64,000 nucleotides of DNA from Candidatus Kryptoniota bacterium (GCA_046706745.1 JBJKPC010000016.1:95561-159560), one strand, 5' to 3'; shown: positions 38,045 to 49,100, numbered from the stretch's first letter. Program-made: numbers and translations. The notes: generated by a model not told the origin, from the letters alone.

Positions 38045-39829
38045 ATGAAGAAGCTGCTGACTGCTTCTATGTTTGTCGCGATGCTCACCCTTCTGGTAGC
38101 CCCGCGGCACTCTTTTGCCCAAAGTGGAACGCTTGTCGTCTACGCAAGCGGGAACTCTCTTGATCAGGTCATTGGGGCGGACACCACTACGGGCGGTCTT
38201 CAAAAGCATAGTGTGTACCGGCTCGTTTCCACGGACACTACTTATTTACTCGACGCCACAATAACCATAAAGTCGAGCGCTTCGATTGTAGGTGTGTCGG
38301 GTGCGAACGGGAAACTCCCCTGTATCCAGGCCGATCTTGTCGGGACGGCAATAACAGGAGTCTTCTTCTCACTAAACGGGGCAGGAACAAGGGTAAACTT
38401 TGAAAATCTGTACTTTCTCGGCGTTGCACCCAACAATGCGAACAATACTTCTGCGGGACAGGGCATCTCTGTTGATGCTGACAACATCAGCCTTACATTG
38501 AACAACTGCGTGCTGGACAATCTTTCCCAGTTCGCTGTCCGCTACGAGTCGAACGGCGACAATTTCTACATCACCAATTGCATTTTCCGGAACGGCATCG
38601 ACGTAGCTTCCGCCTATTATGTGCCCGAGCTTCTTCGGAGCAACAACGGGGCAGGAAATTGGGATACTGATTCGGTTGTGGTAACCAACAACACTCTCAT
38701 CGGTGTTGCGATGGGTATAGTCGAGACCACCGGCCTCACCAATTATATGAATTTCTCCCACAACACCGTCGTTCTTACCTCGAAAGGCCCCTTCTGGTCC
38801 GAACACGAGGTAAACCTCGTCTTCGACTATAACATCTTCTACGATACCTATGCGACGGGCGAGACTCCGGCAGAGTATTTCGGCGGCTGGGATGAAATCA
38901 AGCCACCGCGTATCCCTGCGGTGTTCTATCTCGCACCTCTTGATTCCACAACGGCGGCCAAGCTTCTGGGCCATGCGAGAGCAACTGCAAAAGACAGCGC
39001 AGATGCCGAAGCTGCAAGGAAGATCGAGGTCGTCGGGAACGACTGTTATTGGTCTTCCGGCTTGACGAATTTCTGGACCTCTTATAATGACACAACAACC
39101 GGCGGCCACATGCTTAAGGATGTGAACGGAAAGGACAGTCTCTGGATGCCGCCGGCCGACAGCATCTACACCCCGGTATTCATGAACAGTCAAACGATGG
39201 CTATGTTCAATAGCTCGACCTCTTATCCGCATTTGGTTCAAAACGGAAATATAAGTACCGATCCGGGATTCGGCTGGGGCATACAGAACGCAGTAACGAA
39301 CGCCACCCCTGACAGTGCCAACGGCGTCGGGCTTGCCGCCTTTGTTCAAGCCGTAAGAGGCGGAAAAGGTACGACGCAATGGTATGCCTACCAGCGAGTC
39401 GAAGTCCCGCAGCCGCAGCCTGACAATTGGGTCCCGACATGGCCGCTTCCTGAAATGGCGGCATTGCACGCGTCAAACCTCGGTCTCGCTCCGGATGGGC
39501 AAGTGTACGGTGATACCGTATATGCGAACCTAACTGCAGTACAGCAGACTAATTCGAATGTTCCGTCAAAGTTCAATATCAGCAACAATTATCCGAACCC
39601 CTTCAATCCCACAACGGTAGTGCAGGTTAGTCTCCACCAGTCCGGCATGACAAGCCTTAAGGTTTACAATGTCCTGGGTCAGCTGGTTAAGGTTGTCGTC
39701 GAAGGGTTTAAACCCGCGGGTGAGTACAAGTACGACATCAATATGGATAACTTTGCCAGCGGCGTTTATTTCTACACGCTACGCCAAGGGACTAATTCGA
39801 TAACCAAGAAAATGCTTCTCCTAAAATAA
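38045..39829 (+). CDS. Secreted right-handed parallel beta-helix repeat protein with a T9SS C-terminal domain
   Basis: AAGGAGAAGGA Shine-Dalgarno site. Signal peptide MKKLLTASMFVAMLTLLVAPRHSFAQ. Beta-helix-like repeats: NLYFLGV, LTLNNCVLDN, FYITNCIFRNG, VVVTNNTLIG, MNFSHNTVVLT. The C-terminus reads SNNYPNPFNPTTVVQV...GVYFYTLRQGTNSITKKMLLLK. Confidence 0.6.
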   Translation: MKKLLTASMFVAMLTLLVAPRHSFAQSGTLVVYASGNSLDQVIGADTTTGGLQKHSVYRLVSTDTTYLLDATITIKSSASIVGVSGANGKLPCIQADLVGTAITGVFFSLNGAGTRVNFENLYFLGVAPNNANNTSAGQGISVDADNISLTLNNCVLDNLSQFAVRYESNGDNFYITNCIFRNGIDVASAYYVPELLRSNNGAGNWDTDSVVVTNNTLIGVAMGIVETTGLTNYMNFSHNTVVLTSKGPFWSEHEVNLVFDYNIFYDTYATGETPAEYFGGWDEIKPPRIPAVFYLAPLDSTTAAKLLGHARATAKDSADAEAARKIEVVGNDCYWSSGLTNFWTSYNDTTTGGHMLKDVNGKDSLWMPPADSIYTPVFMNSQTMAMFNSSTSYPHLVQNGNISTDPGFGWGIQNAVTNATPDSANGVGLAAFVQAVRGGKGTTQWYAYQRVEVPQPQPDNWVPTWPLPEMAALHASNLGLAPDGQVYGDTVYANLTAVQQTNSNVPSKFNISNNYPNPFNPTTVVQVSLHQSGMTSLKVYNVLGQLVKVVVEGFKPAGEYKYDINMDNFASGVYFYTLRQGTNSITKKMLLLK

Positions 39830-39851
39830 GTGGATTAGCCCCGTCATAGGT

Positions 39852-39894
39852 GGCGGGATTGCCTGCCTCCCCAGGCAGTCCCGCCTTGATTATT
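39852..39894 (+). terminator. Rho-independent terminator
   Basis: GGCGGGA (39852-58) ... TCCCGCC (39879-85) with an inner GCCTG/CAGGC helix, followed by TTGATTATT. Confidence 0.65.
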
Positions 39895-39947
39895 CGTTGG
39901 TCAACCGTCTTCGCTGAGTATCAATCTACACAAAGGAGTATGTCGTT

Positions 39948-40424
39948 TTGCCGGGATTCTTTCACCCCAACGTTCCTGCCTATCGTAGCCCCGCTACGGT
40001 GCTCTCATATCGTCTCGGTGGAATTATGATTTGGGAATTAGGTCAGGCCCTCTACCAGGGAAGTCAGCCGCTTCTTCAGGCGCAGGGGACATCGAGCGGT
40101 GCGGAAGGGGCGATTACCCTGCAACCTGAGGTAGCTTCGGAATTTTCGGCCTGCGATAGCTATCAAAACGCGCTCAAGCTCGCGACGGATTTCAGCTATC
40201 GGTTTCCAGCGGCCAGCGATGTGTCACTCAAGATATTTGATGTATTAGGGAGAGAGGCGCCCACGCTCGCTGACGTGAAAAAGAGAGCCGGTCTGCATAT
40301 GACAAAATGGAATGCATCCGAATACGCCGGCGAAATTCATTTCTCTGGATTGACTGTCAACACTCAGAGGGGGCATTCGCAGGGACCAGACAAATGGTTT
40401 TTGCAAAATGGAATTGGATGCTGA
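39948..40424 (+). pseudogene. 5'-truncated remnant of a T9SS-secreted GH18 chitinase gene
   Basis: The translation starts mid-domain with the GH18 C-terminal signature YRLGGIMIWELGQ; compare HLGGIMSWEISGD in the intact GH18 at 44482. It ends in a decayed sorting domain, YQNALKLATDFSYRFPAASDVSLKIFDVLGREAPTLADVKKRAGLHMTKWNASEYAGEIHFSGL. There is no signal peptide and no catalytic DxDxE region. Confidence 0.6.
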
Positions 40425-40508
40425 AGTGATTCGCTTGCACCGATTATTGACTTTTCCGGGGAGCTGTGACCGCTTCGCGGCACGTCAAGGCAAGAATCCT
40501 TGTGAGGT

Positions 40509-41810
40509 ATGGTAATTGAGATGAGTGCAAAAAAATTAAGCCCGGCTTACTGGGTACCCACGCTTTATTTTGCGGAAGGGCTTCCTTTCGTGACGATAAA
40601 CGTCGTCTCGGTGCTCATGTACAAATCTCTCGGGATATCAGATGCTGATATAGCTCTGTTCACGACGATCGTCATACTCCCCTGGACCTTGAAGCCCCTC
40701 TGGGGCCCGGTACTGGAAATGTTCAAGACTAAGAAGTACTTCGTCATTGCGACGCAGTTTATAGGAGGTGTTGGGTTCGGACTTCTTGCAATGACGTTGA
40801 GGCTTCCGACATTTTTCGAGTATTCGATCGCATTGCTCGCCATAATCGCCTTCAACGGAGCTACACACGATATAGCGGCAGATGGCGTCTATATCAGTGC
40901 TCTCACGGGAAAGGAGCAGGCGGAATATGTCGGATGGCAGGGGGCATTTTATAATGTTGCAAAGGTCCTGGCACAGGGCGCCTTCGTTTATGTCGCGGGG
41001 CAATTGGAGCAATATGTCGGGGTGGTCCATGCTTGGATGATCGTAATGGGCATATTCGGCGGGATCATGGTACTGCTCAGCCTGTATCACGCAAAGGTTC
41101 TGCCGACAGGCGGGGCGGCCGGAAACGTGAAGACCGCGAAGGAAGCGTTCGGTACATTCTGGGATGTTGTCAGGACTTTTTTCAGGAAGAAATACATAGG
41201 GTGGGGTATCGCATTCATTATCCTGTATCGTTTCGCCGAAGGCCAGGCAATGAAGATCGTCCCGCTGTTTTTCAAGGCAAGTCGTGCGTCCGGGGGACTA
41301 GGCCTTTCCATTTCTCAGATAGGAATAATTTACGGAATATTCCCGCCTATGGCATTTATACTTGGTTCCATACTGGCAGGATATTTCACCGCAAAGCGAG
41401 GGCTGAAGAAGTCGCTTATAATCTTGTGCGCATTCTTCAATGTCCCCTTTGCCATTTACCTTATCCTCGCCTATGCAACTCCGACGAGCCTAGTGGCAAT
41501 CGGTATCGGTACAACGCTGGAATATTTCGGTTACGGGTTCGGGTTCATAGGACTGACGCTGTTCATGATGCAGCAAATCGCGCCGGGCAAGTACAAGATG
41601 GCACACTACGCGTTTGCGACGGGCGTTATGAATCTCGGACTGATGATCCCTTCGGCGCTGAGCGGGTTTGTCAGCGACTTCCTGGGTTACAAACATTTTT
41701 TCCTGTGGGTGATGATAGCGACAATACCTTCTTTTGTTGTTGCGCGCCTCGTGCCGTTCAAGGAACTCGAGGAGGAAACGCCTTCCGCCGAGCAGTCCTC
41801 ACCCGCTTGA
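40509..41810 (+). CDS. AmpG-family MFS permease (disaccharide/muropeptide-type importer)
   Basis: About 12 TM helices. The N-terminus YWVPTLYFAEGLPFVTINVVSVLMYKSLGISDADIALFTTIVILPWTLKPLWGPVLE resembles AmpG/Acatn-type MFS proteins. The start may be 40521. Confidence 0.65.
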   Translation: MVIEMSAKKLSPAYWVPTLYFAEGLPFVTINVVSVLMYKSLGISDADIALFTTIVILPWTLKPLWGPVLEMFKTKKYFVIATQFIGGVGFGLLAMTLRLPTFFEYSIALLAIIAFNGATHDIAADGVYISALTGKEQAEYVGWQGAFYNVAKVLAQGAFVYVAGQLEQYVGVVHAWMIVMGIFGGIMVLLSLYHAKVLPTGGAAGNVKTAKEAFGTFWDVVRTFFRKKYIGWGIAFIILYRFAEGQAMKIVPLFFKASRASGGLGLSISQIGIIYGIFPPMAFILGSILAGYFTAKRGLKKSLIILCAFFNVPFAIYLILAYATPTSLVAIGIGTTLEYFGYGFGFIGLTLFMMQQIAPGKYKMAHYAFATGVMNLGLMIPSALSGFVSDFLGYKHFFLWVMIATIPSFVVARLVPFKELEEETPSAEQSSPA

Positions 41811-41842
41811 ATAAAGCAGAACTTTATCGATAGGAAAACTAA

Positions 41843-44266
41843 ATGCATTACGGTTTTTTTGACAATGATAATAGGGAATATGTGATTGAACGTCCGGATG
41901 TTCCGGTTTCGTGGACGAACTATCTCGGTGTCAAGGATCTGTGTACGGTTATTTCCCATAATGCGGGTGGATACACATTCTACAAATCGACGGAGCATCA
42001 CAGGGTGACGCGGTTCCGGCCAAACGGGATCCCTCTCGACCGGCCGGGGCATTACATTTACATAAGGGACGACGAAACCGGTGAGTACTGGACGGTCTCG
42101 TGGCAGCCCGTCGGGAAAGATTTTTCCACTGACGGGAAGGAAGATGGAAAAGCCAGATATACCTGCCGTCATGGCTTGTCGTATTCGAAATTCCAGTGCG
42201 ACTACCGGGACATTCAGGCTGAACAACTGGTCTTCATCCCGGTGAATGACGATGTGGAATTATGGGACGTGAGATTGAGGAACAAAAGCGGCAAGCCGCG
42301 GAAGCTCAGTATCTTCTCGTACGTCGAGTTCTCGTTCCATCATGTTGAAATTGACAATGAAAACTTCCAGATGAGCCTTTATGCCGCTGGTTCCAATTAC
42401 AAGGATGGAATCATCGAGTATGATTTCTTTTACGAGCCCTGGACAAATCACTTTTTAGCATCCAGTTTTGATCCGGACGGATATGATTGTGTACGCGACA
42501 GGTTCATCGGACCCTACAGAACCGAATCCAATCCCATCGTGGTGGAGCGGGGAAAGTGCTCCGACAGCACGGAACTCGGAGGAAATCATTGCGGCACCCT
42601 TCACAAGCGGTTGTCATTGAAACCTGGAGAAGAGACTCGTTTGATCTTCATGCTGGGAGTCGGCTCACGCGCAGAAAAGGGATATGCGGCGAAGAAGAGA
42701 TACTCCGCTCTGAAGAATGTAGACTCGGCATTCCTTGAATTGAAAAGATACTGGAACCGAAAAACCTCGGTATTCCAGTGCAAGACGCCAAACGAGGGAC
42801 TGAACACCATGGTAAACACCTGGACACTCTATCAGGCGGAAACCTGTGTCGTATGGTCAAGGTTTGCCTCGTTCATAGAAGTTGGGGGCAGGGTCGGACT
42901 CGGTTACAGGGATACTTCACAGGATATTATGGCGGTTCCGCACACCAATCCCCGCAAAGTGAAGGAAAGAATCAGAGAACTACTTCATGGCCAGGTGAGC
43001 AAGGGATACGGCCTCCATTTATTCGACCCGGATGTCTTTAAGCCGCAGGAAGACCGTCTTCCGGGCGTCAAACTGCCTACAGTTGTTCCAACTCCCGATC
43101 CCCACTCCATCGTGCACGGGATGGAAGATGTGTGCTCCGACGATGCGCTCTGGATAGTCGGTTCCGTCTGCGAATACGTGATGGAGACAGGTGAGTTAGA
43201 GTTCTTCAACGAAGTGATCCCGTTTGCAGACGAGGGCAAAGCGTCAGTGTATGAACACCTGAAGCGGTCGATCGATTTCACTGCCGAGCAAACCGCCCGC
43301 AACGGTGTCTGTCTCGGCTTGCGCGCCGACTGGAACGATTGCCTTAATCTCGGGGGCGGCCAGAGCGGTATGGTGTCGTTCATGCACTACTGGGCTATAA
43401 AATACTTCGTCGGGGCGGCGGAAATACTCGGTTACGAAAACGACGTTCAGGAATACTCTAAGATGGCGGAGAATGTCCGTCTATCTGTCGAGAGAGAGCT
43501 ATGGGATGGAGAGTGGTACGCGCGAGGCGTTACGCGTGCGGGAATCAAGATCGGCGTAAAGACCAACAAGGAGGGAAAAATCTTCCTGGAAAGCAATAGC
43601 TGGGCGGGCCTCTCGGGAGCTGCCTCGCCCGAGCGTGCCCGAAGCGCCATGGACGCGGTTCACAAGTACCTTGCTTCTCCTTACGGGCTGCATCTAAACT
43701 GGCCTACTTATACTGAGCCAGATGACGACATCGGATACGTTACACGCGTCTATCCGGGCGTGAAGGAAAACGGTTCGATATTCAGCCATCCCAACCCGTG
43801 GGCCGTGATAGCGGAATGCAAACTCGGACGCGGCGGTAAGGCGATGAGCTTGTTTGACGCACTCCTTCCTTATAACCAGAACGATATGATCGAGATTCGC
43901 CAATCGGAGCCGTATGTTTACTGCCAGTTTGTTATGGGAAAAGACCACACGGCATACGGCCGCGCACGGCACCCGTGGCTTACCGGGAGCGGGGGATGGA
44001 GCTACACCGCCGCCACCAAATATATTCTGGGTATACGTCCCTCATACGAAGGGCTTGTGATCGACCCGGCGATTCCGTCTGATTGGGACGAGTTCGAAGT
44101 GATCCGAAAATGGCGCGGCGCAACCTACTACATAATCGTCAGGAACCCGGAGCACGTGGAGTATGGGGTGAAACATATTCTCGTGAACGGCACGAAAGTG
44201 AAAGATATTGTCCCCGTCCAACCAGAAGGAACCAAGAACCAGATAGAAGTGGTAATGGGGAAGTGA
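41843..44266 (+). CDS. GH94 disaccharide phosphorylase (cellobiose / N,N'-diacetylchitobiose phosphorylase family)
   Basis: The N-terminus MHYGFFDNDNREYVIERPDVPVSWTNYLG is near-identical in pattern to cellobiose/chitobiose phosphorylases. At 807 aa it matches the family size. There is no signal peptide. Substrate cannot be assigned from sequence alone. Confidence 0.8.
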   Translation: MHYGFFDNDNREYVIERPDVPVSWTNYLGVKDLCTVISHNAGGYTFYKSTEHHRVTRFRPNGIPLDRPGHYIYIRDDETGEYWTVSWQPVGKDFSTDGKEDGKARYTCRHGLSYSKFQCDYRDIQAEQLVFIPVNDDVELWDVRLRNKSGKPRKLSIFSYVEFSFHHVEIDNENFQMSLYAAGSNYKDGIIEYDFFYEPWTNHFLASSFDPDGYDCVRDRFIGPYRTESNPIVVERGKCSDSTELGGNHCGTLHKRLSLKPGEETRLIFMLGVGSRAEKGYAAKKRYSALKNVDSAFLELKRYWNRKTSVFQCKTPNEGLNTMVNTWTLYQAETCVVWSRFASFIEVGGRVGLGYRDTSQDIMAVPHTNPRKVKERIRELLHGQVSKGYGLHLFDPDVFKPQEDRLPGVKLPTVVPTPDPHSIVHGMEDVCSDDALWIVGSVCEYVMETGELEFFNEVIPFADEGKASVYEHLKRSIDFTAEQTARNGVCLGLRADWNDCLNLGGGQSGMVSFMHYWAIKYFVGAAEILGYENDVQEYSKMAENVRLSVERELWDGEWYARGVTRAGIKIGVKTNKEGKIFLESNSWAGLSGAASPERARSAMDAVHKYLASPYGLHLNWPTYTEPDDDIGYVTRVYPGVKENGSIFSHPNPWAVIAECKLGRGGKAMSLFDALLPYNQNDMIEIRQSEPYVYCQFVMGKDHTAYGRARHPWLTGSGGWSYTAATKYILGIRPSYEGLVIDPAIPSDWDEFEVIRKWRGATYYIIVRNPEHVEYGVKHILVNGTKVKDIVPVQPEGTKNQIEVVMGK

Positions 44267-44481
44267 TGCACCAGTCGGTCAAACCCGGAAGACTACGGGC
44301 AAAATCAGTTGGGGAAGTTTGATTAGCACAACCGGCGAAGTGTCAGAAAATAGACCCGATCCGGCAACTCGCGAAATGACAGCGACACATTCGGCGTTCG
44401 ATTCAACGGCGGTAGTTTTGTATTCTCCGGTATCTCCGATAGGATTCGAACGGAGTTCCCGGATTACCACGGAAGTCTAGT

Positions 44482-46071
44482 ATGAACAAATCTCTGATTC
44501 TCCTCCTCATGGCACTCATGTCAATGGGAAAAACTACCACGGCTCAATCCAGGGCATTCAGAATCATTGCATATTTCCCTGAATGGGGAATCGAGCATCG
44601 GCCACCTTACTACGTGAAGGACATCGTCTCGAGCGGCGCTGCTGACAGGCTTACGGATCTAATTTACGCGTTCTCTGAACCAGCGCCGGATTTTGAAGGT
44701 GGGATCGAACCGCAGTTCATGAACGCTTATGAAGCTTATCAGCAAATCTACTCCGCAGCCATGAGCGTAGACGGAGTCGCAGACGATTCGACCCAACCCC
44801 TGAGAGGCGAGTTGAACCAGATTCGGAAATTGAAGCTGCGATATCCGAATCTCAAAGTTTTGATTTCCATTGGCGGTTGGACGGGGTCTGCCTATTTTTC
44901 TCTCGCGCTAGAGACCCCTTCGTCCAGGAGAAGATTTGCCGACGCAATTATCAATCGGTATATCCTGGGAAATCTTCCGAAGGTTGGCACGGCCGGCGGA
45001 GAGCGGGTTGCGGCCGGTATTTTCGACGGCGTGGACATAGACTGGGAATTTCCTGTGAGCGGCGGAAATGCCGGCAATAATCATAACCCGAAAGACGCAC
45101 AACATCTTACCGAGTTTTTGGCTCTCATGAGGGAGAAATTAGACTCGATCGATCGGAATCTCCTGCTGACCGAAGCGGTCCCCTCAGGCGAAACGGCTCT
45201 CGCGAATTACCAGATCGAGAAAGATCAGGAATATCTTAGCTGGTTCAATTTGATGACATATGATTTCACCGGTGCGTGGAATCCCGTCACAGGGTTTCAC
45301 ACTAATTTGCTCACTCCCGCCGAAGACACCTCGGCAAACTCTTTAGATAGGGCCGTGAAATATTTCCTGGATAGTTTGAAGGTGCAGCCGGCAAAAATCG
45401 TCCCGGGCGCGGCTTTCTACGGGAGGGGATGGAGAGACGTTGGTTCAAAAGACGACGGCTTGTTCCAGCATGCCAGCGGGGCGGCGCAGGGAGAATACGA
45501 ATCGGGAATACAGGATTTTTCCCTTCTTATGCCACTATTAAGAGAAGGGTATGAATATCATTGGGACCCGTCGGCAATGGCCCCGTGGCTTTACAGTCCC
45601 GCCGATCGAATCTTTTGGTCGATGGATGACGCGAAGTCCATCGCTTTGAAATACCACTATGCCGTCGCTTATCACCTGGGCGGAATTATGTCCTGGGAAA
45701 TCAGCGGTGACGATTCGTCAGGGACTCTGATTAAGGCGATGGCTACAGGCGAAATGCCGGAAGCGCGTCGTTTTCATTACAAGGCCGAGTCAGAGAAAGG
45801 TGTGAATGCGACCATATCGATCTCAGTTCCTTCACCGATAATTGCCGCCGGATCGAATGTGATACTCGATGCATGGATAACCGGCCAGAGCAAGAATATC
45901 GTAAGAGTAGAGTTCTTTGTTGACGGGAAGACGATCGGTTACGATACTGAGGCCCCTTTCGACTGGGTGTGGTTCAATGCGACGAAAGGGGTCCACACGA
46001 TAGAAGCTGTGGCCTTTGACGGTGTAGGGAACCGAACAACTTCAAATACTGTGTCAATCAAAGTGAAGTGA
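44482..46071 (+). CDS. GH18 chitinase with a C-terminal Ig-like (Big_7-type) domain
   Basis: Signal peptide MNKSLILLLMALMSMGKTTTAQS. Catalytic motif FDGVDIDWEFP (DxxDxDxE). Further GH18 elements: MTYDF, and YHLGGIMSWEISGD. Ig-like tail RVEFFVDGKTIGYDTEAPFDWVW...GVHTIEAVAFDGVGN. No T9SS domain. Confidence 0.85.
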   Translation: MNKSLILLLMALMSMGKTTTAQSRAFRIIAYFPEWGIEHRPPYYVKDIVSSGAADRLTDLIYAFSEPAPDFEGGIEPQFMNAYEAYQQIYSAAMSVDGVADDSTQPLRGELNQIRKLKLRYPNLKVLISIGGWTGSAYFSLALETPSSRRRFADAIINRYILGNLPKVGTAGGERVAAGIFDGVDIDWEFPVSGGNAGNNHNPKDAQHLTEFLALMREKLDSIDRNLLLTEAVPSGETALANYQIEKDQEYLSWFNLMTYDFTGAWNPVTGFHTNLLTPAEDTSANSLDRAVKYFLDSLKVQPAKIVPGAAFYGRGWRDVGSKDDGLFQHASGAAQGEYESGIQDFSLLMPLLREGYEYHWDPSAMAPWLYSPADRIFWSMDDAKSIALKYHYAVAYHLGGIMSWEISGDDSSGTLIKAMATGEMPEARRFHYKAESEKGVNATISISVPSPIIAAGSNVILDAWITGQSKNIVRVEFFVDGKTIGYDTEAPFDWVWFNATKGVHTIEAVAFDGVGNRTTSNTVSIKVK

Positions 46072-46161
46072 GACCCGCAGCCCTCCATGGCCGGTTCATA
46101 GTCAAAGAGCCCTTTCAAATCTTAACGACGGATTCTTTCAGCCATCTCGGGAATTAATTCT

Positions 46162-49100
46162 TCACTTCATTCCGTCGACATCAGTCGGGTTGAGTATTAT
46201 CGCCAGTACGCCTTTGTTCTTCAATAAGCTGTTGAAGGAAGGGATTGTCGACGTCATAAGGCGCTTGTACTCGACTTCAACATTTGCCAGCCGCCGCGCG
46301 AGCAAATTGTATACAGCTAGATCCTGATCTGTGGGAGCGAAATCCGGGCTTCCCGCGACGTCTCCGGCGCCGTCTCCAACCTCTCCGGCAAGCCAAAGGA
46401 ATTTCATATAGAGTTGCATCGGTGCTGCGTAAGTCTTTTCGTCGTCGGCTGCCAGGTATTTCTGGAACAGCTTGTTCTCGATAGTTTCGATTTTCCGGTC
46501 CAGAGATTTTGCAGAATCCATGATCGACGATGCGCCGCTCAAACCGCGTAGATAGACCGGCATATCCTCAATTTGGAGGCGGACACGTTCGATGGAATTG
46601 ATCATGCCGACCACGGTATCGATTTTCGAATCGATGTCGCGCCAAAGCTTAACGCTCGATCGTATGTCGGCGAGCGTTCCGGCGGAATGAGGATCCTTGA
46701 GGACGGTCAGCGGCGTCGTCAGAGTCTTGCCGTTGACGGTCAGCTTAACGCTGTACAACCCGGGGTCTGCGAGCGCTCCTTCAAGCGTGGGGCCGATTCC
46801 CCAGTGGTATATAGGTCTGGTCTTCTTCCCGATGAAACGCGAGTCACTCCATATCTGCGGATATGCGGGCGGAGTCGTTCGGAGCTTTATCTCCTTTACG
46901 CGCGGGTAGCGGAGGTCCCAGTAAACTCTGTTGATTCCCGCCTTTCTCGTTCCTTCAAATGTTCGCACAACGTTGCCCGTCGAATCAAGAATTGTGATCT
47001 TAACACCTGTTTTGGGAGTGGTCTTCAAATAGTAGTCAATGTCGGCGCCGTAGCGCGGATTCTGTCCCATCGAAGCATCATCGGGTACTTCCCTCGGGAC
47101 GCTGATCCGACGGTAGCGGTATGCGGGCCGCGTTTTGAAAAGATACTCGGAAGAATTCAGGATGCCGGCATTGAGTTGCTCGAGCGGTTTTATGTCGTCG
47201 AGTATCCAGAAACCCCGCCCCTTTGTTGCCAGAACCAGATCGTGGAAGTGTTTCTGGACCACTATCCAGGAAACAGGCGCATGGGGAAGATTGATGTTTA
47301 GCGGAATCCAGTGCGTGCCATAATCGTATGTCATGTAGATGGAATTCTCAGTCCCCGCAAAAAGCATCCCCTGCCTGAACGGGTCTTCAATCACGATGTG
47401 AACATAGCTGAACACGCTTTTCGGTATGTCCCCGCTGATGAACTTCCACGACTTTCCGTAATCCGTAGTCATATAGATGTATGGATTGCGGTTATCCATC
47501 TGGTGGAAATTTACGCTGATGAATGCTTCGCCCGGATTGAACGGTGAAGCGTCAATATTGTTGATGGTTCCGTACTTAGGCAGATCGGGGATATTGCCTG
47601 TAACGTTTATCCATTTCTTGCCTCCGTCGGTCGTGACATGCACAAGCCCGTCGTTCGAACCGGTCCATATTACCCCTTCTTTGATGGGCGAGACAGCTAT
47701 GGAGAACAATGTCCCCCAGTACTCTACCCCAAGGTTGTCCGGCGTCAGCCCTCCGGAACTTCCCATGTGGCTGTGGTCATCGAGAGTGAGATCGGGACTT
47801 ATGACTTGCCAGCTTTGTCCGGCGTCGGTCGTTCTGTGAACGTACTGGCTTCCGACGTAGACTGTGTTGTGATGGAGCGGGTCTATCACGAGCGGCATTG
47901 TCCAGTTCCATCTGTATTTCAGGACTCCTGCCGGAGAGTCGAGTGATTTGCTGGGCCACGGGCTGACGGATCTTGTCTGGCCTGTTTTAAGGTTGAACCT
48001 GTCCACTTCTCCCGCGTAGCAATTACCCCATACGATATTGTTGTCTACAGGATCGGGATAGGAGAATCCCGACTCACATCCGGCCGTCGTACTCCAGTCG
48101 CTCGAAGGAATGCCGCCATAAGTCCGAGTGTTGCTAGGACCGCGGACAGACTCATCGTCCTGCATGTTCCCATAAAGATCGTACGGGATTCGATTGTCGA
48201 CGGCAACATGATACATCTGCCCGATCGGCAAAATAATGTGGCGCCATGTCTTACCGCGATTGATCGAAATGAAGAGTCCTATGTCGGATCCTATCATCAT
48301 GCGGTCGGCATCGGTAGGATCGGCCCACATGGCATGATTGTCCCCTGCCCAGTCGGTCTGGTAGACGGTTCTTCCACCATCCAGCGTATACCAGATTTCA
48401 TTCGACGGGAAATACACTTCGTTCGCGTCGTCCGGCGATATCAGTAAACGCGTGTAGTAGTGCGGACGTTCGTTCAACATGCGGTTGTAACTCACGACGT
48501 GCCAGCTTTCACCTCTGTTGTCGGACCTCCAGAGCGAACCGCGTCCGTTTCCACCCGTCTCAATCAAGGCGTACATCACATTTTGATCGCTTTGTGCAAT
48601 TCCGACCGCGATTTTGCCGAGGGGAGGCTTAGGCAGGCCGTTGGTTAAAAGTTTCCACGTCACCCCCTCGTCTGTGGACATCCACACGCCGCTTCCGGGC
48701 CCGCCGCTGTTCTGTCCCCAGGTGTGTATCACATATTGCCACGTTCCTGCCAGAAGAATCCGCGGGTTGTCGGGGTCCATAGCCAGATCAGAAGCCCCGG
48801 TATTAGGATTGACAAACAGAACTCTTTTCCAGGTTTTGCCGCCATCGCTTGTGCGGAAGACACCTCTTTGCTGCTGCGGTCCGTAGCAGTTTCCTTCAGC
48901 CGCGACCAGGACAATATCCGGGTTCTTCGGATCGATGACCACACGTGATATCCTGCCTGTCTTCCCCAGACCCATGTGCATCCATGTCCTTCCGGCATCC
49001 GTAGATTTGTAAACGCCGTCGCCGATCGAGACATTGCTGCGAATGAACGGCTCACCTGTTCCGACCCAAACAATGTTGTGATCGGAAGGGGCGATGGCAA

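Noticed and set aside
44441-44460. GGATTCGAACGG, whose reverse complement CCGTTCGAATCC resembles a tRNA T-loop on the minus strand.
   Set aside because: The flanks do not form a 5-bp T-stem, and no acceptor, D or anticodon arms can be drawn. It is only a 5-bp hairpin with a 12-nt loop.
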